A stretch of 64,000 bases of DNA, taken from positions 2,464,001-2,528,000 of the forward strand of contig OZ241889.1 of NCBI GenBank assembly GCA_965203355.1. The letters are read 5' to 3'. The position numbers and the translations under genes are program-made. Position 1 is the first letter of the stretch; every line of letters begins with the position of its first letter. The notes below the pieces were generated by a model that worked only from the letters and a program-made list of their open reading frames with translations, had not been told where the DNA came from and made no database searches. Origin of the DNA: Candidatus Latescibacterota bacterium (GTDB lineage Bacteria; Latescibacterota; UBA2968; UBA8231). This document shows positions 47,838 to 58,248 of this stretch, one piece after another.

Positions 47838-50454
47838 ATGCGTTTTTTTACCTGGGTTCTTTTGTCCGCCTTGCTGCTGGCCGGGCGGCCGCTCATGGCC
47901 GACCTGCCCGACGCGACCCCCTCGCGTCACTTCTTGCGCCGCCCGCCCCTGAGTGCTTACGCCAATTACGGCGAGGATCTCTACCGGCCTTATCGCCGCG
48001 AGATCCGCCTAGCCCCGCGCTACGACTTCCTCGGCAACTTTCTCGCCGAGGGCTTCTTAGTCTACGAGTTGGACGAGCAGCGGCCCGGCGGCAGCCGCAT
48101 CCTCAAGGACCGCCTCTATCGCTCGCTCAACAACCTGATTATCGCCCACGATAGCTACGGCCCGTGGCACTGGTCTTTGACCGTGGGCGATGAAGTACGC
48201 ACGGAGTTCACGCCGTTGACCTTGCGACAGGCCGGCTTTAATGGCTTGCGCTGGGATGTGGTCTTTCCGGCCAATAAGATCACCTTGCTGACCACGCGCG
48301 GTTTTGACTCGTCGCTGTTTCCCACGCTCAACAGCTTTTCCGATCCAGTGGCCCAAGGGCGGGGATCGCTCATTGACTTTTTGGAGCGGACCGAGGAAAA
48401 CCCGGTGTACAATATCGCCGGTTACTGGCAGACCCGGATAGGCGATGTGCTGCGCTTTGGCGCGACTTTTGTCAACCAGCATCAGGCCAATACGGCCCGC
48501 GGCAGTGCCGGCGGCTTTTTGCGCGGTGGCCTGCCCTATCCGGCCATGCAGCCGCCGAGCGAAATCACCGTGCGCGTGCGCGACGACTCGCCGCAAAGCG
48601 ACGAGGCCGGGGCCATTGTGTACGACATCGTCCTCGAGCTGGAAGGAGAAGGGCCGGAGGGGGAGGCGACGATCAGCAGCGACCCGGCTGACGACCGCTT
48701 TGCGCCGGGTTTGCAGCCGCAGGTGTTGGGCGGGCGACGCGGCGAGGGCTTCCGGGAAGTGCGCGGCGAGGAGGCGGTGGAGTACCTGTTTGTCGTACCG
48801 GAGGATTTTGCACTGAGTGGGGCGAGAGTGCGGGCGTTAGTGGCCAATGATTACCGCATTGAAGTGGCGCAGCAGCATCCCTTTTTCGACGCGCTGCGCA
48901 ATCAGTTCACGCCGCGCAACACCCCCTTTGAGACGCGCGTGCGAGCGGCTGGAGAGGTGCGAGATTTTTCTAATCGGCGCGCCGTGGAATTCGACTACGG
49001 ATTTTCTACGGGCCAGACGATTTTCGGCTTTGACGCGGAGGCCACGTTTGTCGGCCTGAAGGTGCGCGGCGAATACCAGCGCAATCTGCTCTACCGCCGT
49101 TTCCCGGTGCTGCGCGGCCAGCGCGACCAGCAGCGGGCGGCCGCGTGGTACGTCCACGCGCTCAAGGATCTGGGCCGCTTGGAGGTGGGCGGCGAACTCT
49201 TCCGCATTGGGCCGCGCTACGGCGGCGGGTACGACAGCCGGCGCGGTGGGGTGCGGCTCTACACCGACTTGGGCGGCGAAAGCCGAGATCAGCAGATGCT
49301 ATCGGAGTTTCCCCTAGTGGATGACAACGACGACAACGACCGCTACGCGGACGACAACTTGCGCGATTATCCCAACGGCACCGAGATCGAGTCGGGCGTC
49401 TTTCCCGGGCTGGACGAGGACAACGACAACATCCCGGACGACGACAAAAACGCCAATGGAGTGCCCGATTTTGAAGAGCCGTTTTTGCTGTACTACTCCG
49501 ATCCGCAGGAATTTGTCTATGGCATTGACCTCAACAACAACGGCGTGATTGACGAGCGCGAAAACGACAACAAGCCCGACTACCCCTACGACCGCGACCG
49601 GCGCGGTTTGCACGGCTTTGTCGCCGTGCCGCCGTGGCGCGGGCTGTCGGCCGGGGTGGGCTACTATCGCCAAGAAGAGATCGCCGGGCCGAGCGGTCTC
49701 GCGCTACGGGCGCGTGTCCTATGGCTTTGACGTGCCGCGCTGGGGAAAAGTCCAGCTCGACCACGACAGCAAGCGGGTCGAGGACACGGTGCTGGACTCG
49801 GTCTATGTCTTTCGTGCTGGCGAGAACAACAACCCGGACCAGCCGCCGACGCCCGATGCCTTGCTGATGGCCGACTCGTGGGTCCATACCTCGTTTGTCG
49901 GCACCCGCTTGGCGCGGCTGGACCAATTCCATATCGAAAACAACGCCCAGTGGATACTAAACCGGCAGTTGGCAGCGGATGCCCGCGTCCAGACCTTCAC
50001 GATGGTCAACAATGCCGACTACACATACGAGTTGGCTCGCCTGCGCGTCCAAGCCATGATCAAGCATTTGTACAAGCACGTCACCGCCAGCGATCGGCGG
50101 CGGGCCGTGGAGTCGTGGAATCAGATCGCGCCCATCCTGCGCGTGGATTGGACGCTGACGGAGAACACGTTGGTGCAATTCGGCCAACAGGGGTTGGGGG
50201 TGCCGTTTACGCGCACGTTGTTGCCAGCGCTGGCTTTCCGCTTTATCGACCGAGTGGATCGGGAACGCGCCCTGCGCTCGGCCAGTTCGGTGTTGATGTT
50301 CACGGTGCGCGGCACGTACATCGGCTACACTATGGTCTCCAACACCGGCATTGAACTGCGCCACGAAGAATTTGTCGATCCGGCCGTGGCGCGGACGCGC
50401 AATGGTGGGGTGTCGCGGTTTTTTATCTCGGTCATCGCCGGATACGATCGCTAA
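47838..50454 (+). pseudogene. Large exported, probably outer-membrane protein split by a frameshift near 49688
   Basis: Coding-like ORF 47838-49730 switches frame at QEEIAG|RAVSRYGRVSY into 49549-50454. Signal peptide, Asp-rich Ca-binding-like repeats, amphipathic beta strands. Could be an assembly error. Confidence 0.65.
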
Positions 50455-53400
50455 TGGCTATTTGGCTTCCTTTGATGCTCGCTGGCTTAGTGGTCGGCAG
50501 CCAGTTCGCGACCAATCCAGAGGATTTGGGCAAGCGCTTTGCGCGGGCGCAAAAGCTGCTGGCTACCGGCGACTTTGCCGGGGCACAGCGGATATACGAG
50601 GGCGTGTTAGCCGTGCAAGATGGGGTGCTGCTACACGCTTCGGCCGTGCGCTTGGAGGTGGATGAGCAAGTGGTGGGCGTGCAGGCGGCGGCACGCTACC
50701 AGTTGGCGAACATGGCGCGCAAGCAGGCGCAACTGTGGCGCGAAGAAGCGGCCTTGGCCGATTCGGCGGCGGCTGATTCGCTGGCCTTGCGGGCGGTCGC
50801 TTCTTTGCAGACCGCGGCCCGCCGCTTTGCCGCGCTGCGCGACGAGCCGGGTTTTGAACTGCGCGAGACCGCCGCGTATTTGGTGGTCGACTGCCTGTTT
50901 GAAGCCGAGGATTATGCCGGGGCGGCCAACGCTGGCGAGGTGTTGTTGCGTCTGTTTCCGCACAGCCGCTATGCCGGGCGGACGCGCTATACGCTTGGCT
51001 GGGCCTTTTTCCAGCTCAAAGAATACGAGCAAGCCGTAGCGGCCTTTCAGGAATATGTGCAGGACGCGCCCGCGGGGCTGCGGGCAGACCGGGCGCAGTT
51101 GCAGCGCGGCTTGGCTTTGAAAGCATTGGGCCGCTACGAGGATGCGCTGGCTGTTTTTGCGCGGTTGGCCGATGGGTACGATCCAGCCGGCATGGGCGAC
51201 GCCGAGAAGCGGGCGGTGGCTTTGGCTGGTTTGCGCGAGGGACAATCGCGCCGTTTGCTGGCGGCCAAGGCGTGGATCGAGCGCGGCGATGTGCTCAAGG
51301 AGTTAGAACGCTATGCCGAGGCACTGGCCGCGTACAAAAAGGTCAGCCGCGATTTTCCGCAGGAGTCCCAGTTGGCCGAAATGGCGTGGGTGCGGCAGGC
51401 CCTGTTGGCCGCGGTCGCGCACGGGGTGGACGCCAGTTTGGAAGTGTATCGCTATGCGGCCGAGCAGGCCGAGCGGCCGGCCTTCCGGGCGCGGATGCAG
51501 GCTGGGTTGATGAGCTTGCTGTTTGACGAGGGGCGTTACCGGGAGTCGCTGGCCGCGCATCGGCTCTATCTAAGCGCGTATGCCGAGTTTGCCGCGGCGG
51601 CCGGGGTGTCGGTCGAAGAGGCGGTGTTCCGCCAGGCCGAGTGTCTGCGGTTGCTGGGAGAAGAGAGCGCGGTCGCCGACAGTGCCGATGCGTGGTTTGC
51701 CGAGTCGCTGGCTCTGTACAGCACCGTGGAAAACTACTTGGCGGCTGAGGCCCGGTTTTGGCAGGGGACCATTCATCAGGCCCGCCGCGACTCGGCCGCG
51801 GCCTTGGCGCAGTTTGAGCAAGTAATGGCCGAAGAGGCCGCCCCGGAGTTGGCCTGCCGCGCTCTGTTGGAGATTGCCCGCCTGCGCCGCGAACAGAGCG
51901 ACGTGCTCTACGCCCAGATCTTGACCCAATGTGCCGACGAGGATGTGCGCGGATTGGCGGCTCTGGTGCTGGGCCGCCGCTATCGGCAGGCCGGGCGCGG
52001 CGAGGAAGCGCACCGCGTGCTGGAGTCCATCAGCCCGACCCAGCCTCAGTACGCATACGCGCAAATAGAGCTGGCGCAATGGTACGTTGATGCGGGAAAA
52101 GGCGATGAGGCGATAGCCCTGATTGCGCGGCAGATCGCCCAGACGCCGAATGCCGAACTTACCGCGCAGTTGGGGCTGTTGTATCAGGGGCGCGGCGAAC
52201 ACGAGCAGGCTCTGCTCCGGTTGCGCGAAGCCCTGCCGCAGTTGGCCGGGGCTACGGCGGCCGCGGCACAGGTGGGATTGGGCTGGAGCTTGTACAAGAC
52301 CGGGCAGTACGAAGCCGCGTGGGCGGCGCGGCAGACCGGCGCGTTGGTCGGCGACCAGCAGCGCACCCTGTTGCAGGCTATGAGCGCGTGTGCTCAAACC
52401 TTGAAGGATAACGGGCGCATGGAACGGGTCTATCGAGCGATGGTTGAAGAAGAGGAAACCCGCGTCGAGGGCTTGTTGGGGTTGGGGCAGTGGTATTTGG
52501 ATCAAGGGCAGGCCGCGCAGGCCGCGACTCAAGTACGGCCCTTGCTAGCGCACGCCGGCCGGGCGTGGCTGCTGTTGGGCCGGGCGTTGGTGGCCCAAGA
52601 CAGCTTGGCTGGGGCGCGGGCGGCCTTGGAAGATGGGCTGGCGCAGGTAGCAGACCCGGGGCAAGCGGCTGAATTCCATTTTGAGCTGGGCAGTGTGGCC
52701 TTGGGCATGCGCGACTACGAGGCCGCCGCCCGGGCGTTTAGTGCCGCCTTGGAGTTGGCCTCGCGCCGGGGGTTGCAGGCCACCGCTCTATTTTACTTGG
52801 GGCACAGTCGGCAAGCCCAAGGCCACAGGGCTGGGGCGCGTGCGGCTTTTGCGGAATTGATCGCGGAGTACTCGGATCAGCCGCAGGCATCCGAGGCCGC
52901 TTGGCTTATTGGCGAGCTGTACTACGAGGACGAGGAATACGAGCAGGCCCTTGCGTACTACGAGCGGGTCGTGGGCGACTGGCCGACTAGCAAAGACGCG
53001 CCCGAAGCCCTGTACGGGGCGGCTTGGTGCCAGTTGGAGCTGGAGCGGATCGAGCCGATGCGCGACCTGTTTTTGCGCTTGGTGCGCGAGTATCCCCAGC
53101 ACGAACGCGCCCATCAGGGGCTTATGCACGTCGGCGATTACTACTACAACGGCCACCAGTTCCTCAAGGCGTCGAGGCTCTACGAGCAAGTGGTGTCGCG
53201 TTTCCCGGAGACGGCCGAGGCCGTGCAAGCGCGCCAATTGCTGGCCCACTTAGCAGACGCGGAGGCCGATTCGCTCTATACCGAGGGCATGGCGCTCTAC
53301 GACGAGGGCGAATTTGAGCGCGCCATCGCCGTGTTGCAGGAAGTGATTGAGCGCTACCCGAACACGCCGAGTGAAGCGGCGGCGCGCTGCAACATCGGGG

Positions 53401-53558
53401 TTTCTTATTACCAGCGGGACAATTGGCGCATGGCCGCGCTAGCCTACGAGGAAGCGGTCGCGGCCTTAGAGGGCAGGAAGGAAGAATGGCGCGCCTTGGA
53501 GTTTGCCCGCAGCAATCGAGCGCTGATTGGTCGCATGTACTTGGGGGAGACGCAATAA
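50454..53558 (+). CDS. Exported tetratricopeptide repeat protein (BamD/YfiO-like TPRs)
   Basis: Signal-like N-terminus; many A.Y.LG...F..K.Y..A...F/Y...YP repeats; ATG overlaps the upstream TAA. Confidence 0.85.
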   Translation: MAIWLPLMLAGLVVGSQFATNPEDLGKRFARAQKLLATGDFAGAQRIYEGVLAVQDGVLLHASAVRLEVDEQVVGVQAAARYQLANMARKQAQLWREEAALADSAAADSLALRAVASLQTAARRFAALRDEPGFELRETAAYLVVDCLFEAEDYAGAANAGEVLLRLFPHSRYAGRTRYTLGWAFFQLKEYEQAVAAFQEYVQDAPAGLRADRAQLQRGLALKALGRYEDALAVFARLADGYDPAGMGDAEKRAVALAGLREGQSRRLLAAKAWIERGDVLKELERYAEALAAYKKVSRDFPQESQLAEMAWVRQALLAAVAHGVDASLEVYRYAAEQAERPAFRARMQAGLMSLLFDEGRYRESLAAHRLYLSAYAEFAAAAGVSVEEAVFRQAECLRLLGEESAVADSADAWFAESLALYSTVENYLAAEARFWQGTIHQARRDSAAALAQFEQVMAEEAAPELACRALLEIARLRREQSDVLYAQILTQCADEDVRGLAALVLGRRYRQAGRGEEAHRVLESISPTQPQYAYAQIELAQWYVDAGKGDEAIALIARQIAQTPNAELTAQLGLLYQGRGEHEQALLRLREALPQLAGATAAAAQVGLGWSLYKTGQYEAAWAARQTGALVGDQQRTLLQAMSACAQTLKDNGRMERVYRAMVEEEETRVEGLLGLGQWYLDQGQAAQAATQVRPLLAHAGRAWLLLGRALVAQDSLAGARAALEDGLAQVADPGQAAEFHFELGSVALGMRDYEAAARAFSAALELASRRGLQATALFYLGHSRQAQGHRAGARAAFAELIAEYSDQPQASEAAWLIGELYYEDEEYEQALAYYERVVGDWPTSKDAPEALYGAAWCQLELERIEPMRDLFLRLVREYPQHERAHQGLMHVGDYYYNGHQFLKASRLYEQVVSRFPETAEAVQARQLLAHLADAEADSLYTEGMALYDEGEFERAIAVLQEVIERYPNTPSEAAARCNIGVSYYQRDNWRMAALAYEEAVAALEGRKEEWRALEFARSNRALIGRMYLGETQ

Positions 53559-53610
53559 AATGGACCGGCGCATCTTTCTCGTCACATGCCCAGGGGTCGC
53601 TCGGTGGATA

Positions 53611-54372
53611 ATGGCTATACTGCGATGGAGCCTACCTGCGCTGCTGGTGGTGGCCGGCTGCATTCGGTTTCCGCCGGATTTGCGCTACGCGCTGCGCGTT
53701 GTGCCGCAGGAGGCCCTGCTAGCGGAGGGGCACTATTATTTCGACGCCGAGGATAGTACCGCGGTCTTTGAGCAAGAGGGGTTCCGCCTCAAGCTGCGCT
53801 ACCTAAGCGATCAGGCCCTAAATCGAGAATACGCCCGCTTTACCTTCCGCGCGCCGAATCTGAATCCCTTTACCTATGGGGAGGACCGCGACTTAGATCG
53901 GGGCTATTCGCCGCGTTTTACCGTTTTTGCGATGACGGTGGTCAATCAGAGCTATCCCAAGGTGATGGTCGATCCGGCGAAGATGGTATTGCATACCGAC
54001 CGGGGCGGCGAATACCGCTACTGGGGGGTGCTCAGGCGCGATGCCGACAATAGTTTTGAGCGTTATTACATGGAGCGGCGCGGCAAGGGTGGCAATGAAG
54101 ACTACTACTATCAGGAACGCATGGGTTTGGTGCGAGAGGCGTTGTTCAGGCGGCAGACTTTTGTGTTTAAGGGGGACGCTTATACTGGCAAGGTGGTCTT
54201 TGTGCCGCTGCACGCCGCGGTGCGCGCGATCACCGTCCATATCGAGGATATTGTCTTGCGAGTGGATGCCTTTGACCGGCCCAAAGAAGTGACGAGTGCT
54301 GCGTTTGCGTTTTCGGTGACGCACGAGATCGCCCCAGCGCCGCCCGCCGAGGAGGCCGCACTTCAGCCGTGA
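53611..54372 (+). CDS. Hypothetical lipoprotein
   Basis: MAILRWSLPALLVVAG|C lipobox; coding-like sequence. Confidence 0.7.
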   Translation: MAILRWSLPALLVVAGCIRFPPDLRYALRVVPQEALLAEGHYYFDAEDSTAVFEQEGFRLKLRYLSDQALNREYARFTFRAPNLNPFTYGEDRDLDRGYSPRFTVFAMTVVNQSYPKVMVDPAKMVLHTDRGGEYRYWGVLRRDADNSFERYYMERRGKGGNEDYYYQERMGLVREALFRRQTFVFKGDAYTGKVVFVPLHAAVRAITVHIEDIVLRVDAFDRPKEVTSAAFAFSVTHEIAPAPPAEEAALQP

Positions 54373-54424
54373 ACGCGATTCGCGCAAAGACGGCGAAGCT
54401 ATCTTGAGAAAAGGACGGGAGCCG

Positions 54425-55774
54425 ATGAAACGGCCGTGGAAAGTTCCGTTCCGCAAAAATAGAAAGCTGCAAGCCTGCTTGGCGTTGTCGCTGGCCTTGC
54501 ATCTGCTGGTGATTTTCGGCGTCGCGCACCGCGAACGGGTCACTCAATTTCCCGTCCTCCCGCCGATCATGGTGGAGTTTGCCAAACGGCCGCCGCCGCA
54601 GCGCAGCCTCGCGCGCCGTCAACGGCCTATGCAGCGTCCCTTAGTGCGCCGCCCGGCACTCCAAGCGGCCCCGGTCGCCGCGGTGAGACCCGCCCCTACG
54701 GCGTCGCGTCCACTGCCGGCGTTCAAGACCTCGGATCTGCGGTTGCCGTCGGCGTCGCTACCGGAGCGGCTGGTAATGCCGGTGCCGGATTTCCCGGCTC
54801 GGCACATTGGGCCGCAGATGCGCGCTGGCGCACTCGAAGGGACGCGGCAGGGCGCGGATGAGATTGACTTGGGCTTGGAACTGATGGATGTGCAGGCACT
54901 GGACACGGGTCGGCACCGGGCGATGGTAGTGGTCGATCCGCAAGACCGGCGCAACCTCAAGGGGTTCTTCTATATGTCCGGCGTCAACAGCCTCTCCATT
55001 GAACGGGCTGAAGAGAGTCAACGGGCTGAAAACATACAGGTGCGCTGGTATCACCAGATGCCGCGCCGTCTGGCGGAACGGCGGATGCTGCAAGGGCTGG
55101 CCGATAAGATGACCGCCAAGACGCAGGTCCACGTGGAAGTGCGCGACGCGGTTCGGCTCGACGATCCGCAGCTTTTGCAAGTCCCCTTCGTGCTCATGAC
55201 CGTTGATACCCCCTTTGAGTTTACCGACAGCGAGGCGGCTAATTTGGGCGCGTATTTGACCGGCGGTGGCTTCCTGTTTGCGGATATTAGCCGCATTTTT
55301 TCGTGGCCCGAGTACAACGACGAAGAGCTGGACATTCCGGCGATGCGCGCCCTCATTCGCACTGGCTTCCAAGCGGTGGGCTATCAAGAATGGAAGGACT
55401 GGCAGTTTAAGCGCCTAGCGATAAGCCATCCGATCTATCATTGCTTTTACGATGTCAACAGCTTGCCGCGTGGGATGCGCGACATGCACTTTATCTCTAG
55501 CGGACAGGACTACCCGCCGCGCACGCCGGACTATTTGGAGGGCATCGTGGTCGGGGAGGATTTGGTGGGGGTGTATTCGATGCGCGGCTACGCCGATTTT
55601 TGGGCGGGCATCGGTCGGGAAACGCTGGATTGGTCTGTGGCCAATAATGCGATCAACCACTCGTCGCTCTACAGTGCCGAGGAGCCGTTGGTGTACAATT
55701 TGGGCGTCAATCTCGTGGTGTATGCGTTGACGCGCGAAGGATCATTGGCCCGGCAATTAGTCGATGCGGATTGA
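54425..55774 (+). CDS. DUF4159 domain protein with TonB-like anchor and Pro-rich linker
   Basis: ALSLALHLL anchor, Pro/Arg-rich stalk, FEFTDSEAANLGAYLTGGGFLFAD, HPIYHCFYD, LGVNLVVYALT. Confidence 0.8.
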   Translation: MKRPWKVPFRKNRKLQACLALSLALHLLVIFGVAHRERVTQFPVLPPIMVEFAKRPPPQRSLARRQRPMQRPLVRRPALQAAPVAAVRPAPTASRPLPAFKTSDLRLPSASLPERLVMPVPDFPARHIGPQMRAGALEGTRQGADEIDLGLELMDVQALDTGRHRAMVVVDPQDRRNLKGFFYMSGVNSLSIERAEESQRAENIQVRWYHQMPRRLAERRMLQGLADKMTAKTQVHVEVRDAVRLDDPQLLQVPFVLMTVDTPFEFTDSEAANLGAYLTGGGFLFADISRIFSWPEYNDEELDIPAMRALIRTGFQAVGYQEWKDWQFKRLAISHPIYHCFYDVNSLPRGMRDMHFISSGQDYPPRTPDYLEGIVVGEDLVGVYSMRGYADFWAGIGRETLDWSVANNAINHSSLYSAEEPLVYNLGVNLVVYALTREGSLARQLVDAD

Positions 55775-56678
55775 AGATTCCACGCTTGAGGAGCGCAAAA
55801 TTTTCGCCCTGCCAACAGACAAGCTGACGCCGCGCACGGCCGACGAATGCTTCGTCGCGTTTCTCGACTACGCGCACGGCGCGGTGCCCGGGCAGCCCTT
55901 GGAGGTCGATCTGCGTCCCCTGCACTTCATTGATCCCTACGGCTTGGTGGCCTTGTGCTTGATGGCGCGCTACGGGGACTCGCTCTCGTCGCGGGTCGTT
56001 TTTCACCTGCCGCACGCCTTTGCCTTGCGGACCTATCTGGGACGGGTGCGGTTTGCCGCGGCCGTGGACGGGGTTGAACTGGCCGGGCCGACCCTCATCG
56101 TGGATCAGGAGCGGGAAAAGGAAGCAAGCGAGGCCCTGCTGGAAATCACGCGGATTGAGGAGCGGGCGGATATTGAGACCGTGTTGGGCAAAATAGGCCA
56201 GCGCGTCGAGGCGATTCTAGCCGAAGAGTTGCGCTACACCGAGGTGGAGATCAACCAGTTCAAAAACGTCGTTGCCGAGCTGTGTCACAACATTCTCGAC
56301 CACAGCGAAAATTGGGGCTATCTGACGGCCCAGCGCTACTTGGACTCGCGGGTGGGAAAAAAATACGTGGTCATCGGCGTGGGGGACCTCGGTATCGGAA
56401 TCAAGAAGAGCCTGTCGGTGCGCTACGATGCGGCGGATTGGTCGCACGGCACGGCCATACTGAATTCGCTACAGAAGCACTTTTCCCGCGACGCCACGCG
56501 CGGCCTCGGGCTGTATATCGTCAACCAGATTTGCAATCGCTACAACGGCTCGTTGCACATCCGCTCGGGGGACACGCGGGTCTACATTCGCGGCCAGCGG
56601 CACTGGGAACACACTTCGGTCCACTTCCCCGGCACCCAAATCGCCATTGCGCTCCATCAGCGCGAAGGAGGCGAGTAA
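55764..56678 (+). CDS. STAS-like plus histidine-kinase-like ATPase (HATPase_c) protein
   Basis: DLRPLHFIDPYGL (STAS-like); ELCHNILDHS (N box), DLGIGI (G1), RGLGL (G2), FPGT. Confidence 0.8.
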   Translation: MRIEDSTLEERKIFALPTDKLTPRTADECFVAFLDYAHGAVPGQPLEVDLRPLHFIDPYGLVALCLMARYGDSLSSRVVFHLPHAFALRTYLGRVRFAAAVDGVELAGPTLIVDQEREKEASEALLEITRIEERADIETVLGKIGQRVEAILAEELRYTEVEINQFKNVVAELCHNILDHSENWGYLTAQRYLDSRVGKKYVVIGVGDLGIGIKKSLSVRYDAADWSHGTAILNSLQKHFSRDATRGLGLYIVNQICNRYNGSLHIRSGDTRVYIRGQRHWEHTSVHFPGTQIAIALHQREGGE

Positions 56679-56681
56679 GCG

Positions 56682-56816
56682 ATGTTCGGCCAGCATCACA
56701 AGCCCCCCAAACCGCCCCCCTACGAGCCGTGGTTGCTGTTGCTGCTGGCCGTGGTCATCGCCGGCCTCGGCGTGGCCGCATACGTAGCCGCTAGCATTTT
56801 ATTTCCTAGCCGCTAG
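56682..56816 (+). CDS. 44-aa single-pass membrane protein (not in the ORF track)
   Basis: GAAGGAGG RBS; MFGQHHKPPKPPPYEPWLLLLLAVVIAGLGVAAYVAASILFPSR. Confidence 0.6.
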   Translation: MFGQHHKPPKPPPYEPWLLLLLAVVIAGLGVAAYVAASILFPSR

Positions 56817-56873
56817 CCCCATCATATTGGTATCTAGCGTATTCCGCATGGCTCATTTTGTGGTAGAAATTGC

Positions 56874-56902
56874 TTGACAGTCGGGAAATATCCGCCTAAG
56901 TT
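56874..56902 (+). promoter_or_regulatory. sigma70-type promoter
   Basis: TTGACA-N17-TAAGTT. Confidence 0.5.
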
Positions 56903-56951
56903 TCCTTAATTGAATACAGTTAAGCTATTTTTAACAGGAAAGGCGCGGCTT

Positions 56952-57542
56952 ATGGATTCAGCCGTTGAAGAGCGCGTACAGCAGCAGGCCATACACCAAG
57001 CTCCCGCATACCTGTTTTCCGGCCAACAGGGCATCCTCAGCGGGCGGCCCCGCGGGGCCGAGTTGCTTGAAGAATTGATGCAGTACCTGCTCAGCGGTCC
57101 AACCGACGCGGCCACGCCGCTCGACTTCTCCCGCGTTTCGTTCATGGATGTCTCGTGCGCCGACGAGATGCTCAACAAGCTGCTCTTGCGCCTGACCAGT
57201 GGCGAGATAGGGCACCGCTACGTGTACATCGCCGGGGCCAATATCTCGGTGCGCGAGACCATTGCGGCTGTGTTGCAGCTTCGCGAGTTGGCCGCACTGT
57301 ACAAAGACGGCGCGCGCGTCGAGGTGCTTGGGGTGCTCAAGACGCCGATGCGCGAGGCACTCGACGTGCTGCTAGCGCATAAGTGCGCGACCTCGGCCGA
57401 GATCGCCGACGCGCTCGGCAAAAACATCAACATCGTCTGCAATCGCCTCAACGCCTTGCAACGCCTCGGCTTGGTGTGCCGCCTGCGCGATGGGTCGGTC
57501 GCCGGCGGGGGGAGGCAATTCTACTATGTCTCGATTGTCTAA
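56952..57542 (+). CDS. STAS-like (DUF4325-like) plus winged-HTH protein
   Basis: LSGRPRG, LDFSRVSFMDVSCADE; C-terminal ATSAEIADALGKNINIVCNRLNAL..GGRQFYY wHTH. Confidence 0.75.
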   Translation: MDSAVEERVQQQAIHQAPAYLFSGQQGILSGRPRGAELLEELMQYLLSGPTDAATPLDFSRVSFMDVSCADEMLNKLLLRLTSGEIGHRYVYIAGANISVRETIAAVLQLRELAALYKDGARVEVLGVLKTPMREALDVLLAHKCATSAEIADALGKNINIVCNRLNALQRLGLVCRLRDGSVAGGGRQFYYVSIV

Positions 57543-58197
57543 GTACGCCCTAGGAGCGGCCTTAGCGGTCGCCTTGGCCTTGGGGGGGGTGGCCGCCAAG
57601 CTGCGCAGCGCCGCCACCTTTGTCGTCGAGGCCAGCGTGGAAAACTTTCGCGCCGCGCCCAACGGCACCAAGCTAGGCACGTTGCTGGCTGGCACGGAGG
57701 TCGAGTCTATCGGCGAGGAGGGCCAATGGGTGCGCTTCCGCGTCGAAGGCTGGGTTTGGGGGCCTTCCTTGGCAGGTTATGGCTCCGAGGATGGCCGCGC
57801 CGCGCCCGAGGAAGAGCCGATCCCACCGCTGCAAGACGAGCGGCCCCGGATCAAAGAACTGGTCAACGACCGCTATGGGGTGTTCTACGGGGTTGGGTTG
57901 GCCGAGGATGTCGGCCGGCTGTGGCTGCGGTTTCGCGTCCGCGACCTCGAGCGCGAGGCGTGGGAGCGGCGCGTCTTTGCCGTGCAACGCGGCGCGGCCG
58001 AGCTATTGCAGGGCCGCGTCGAGTTCCGCGAAATCCGCGTTGAGACCAACCGACCCGACGGCCGCGGCGAGGTGGGCCAATACATGGCCGCGATAGCGGC
58101 CGCCGACTTAGCTAGTGCCGGCGACGATTGGGCGTTGTGGCGGCAGCACGTGCGCTTTTCGATGGATGGGGGCAAAACGTGGGAAGAGGCCGAATAA
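57526..58197 (+). CDS. Exported protein with bacterial SH3-like domain
   Basis: Hydrophobic N-terminus; ENFRAAPNG..LGTL..G.EV....GQWVRFRVEGWVW. Confidence 0.65.
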   Translation: MSRLSKYALGAALAVALALGGVAAKLRSAATFVVEASVENFRAAPNGTKLGTLLAGTEVESIGEEGQWVRFRVEGWVWGPSLAGYGSEDGRAAPEEEPIPPLQDERPRIKELVNDRYGVFYGVGLAEDVGRLWLRFRVRDLEREAWERRVFAVQRGAAELLQGRVEFREIRVETNRPDGRGEVGQYMAAIAAADLASAGDDWALWRQHVRFSMDGGKTWEEAE

Positions 58198-58248
58198 ATG
58201 CGCGCCGCACGCCGGGGCCGATCCAGAGCGGGTCGCAAGGCTAATGCC

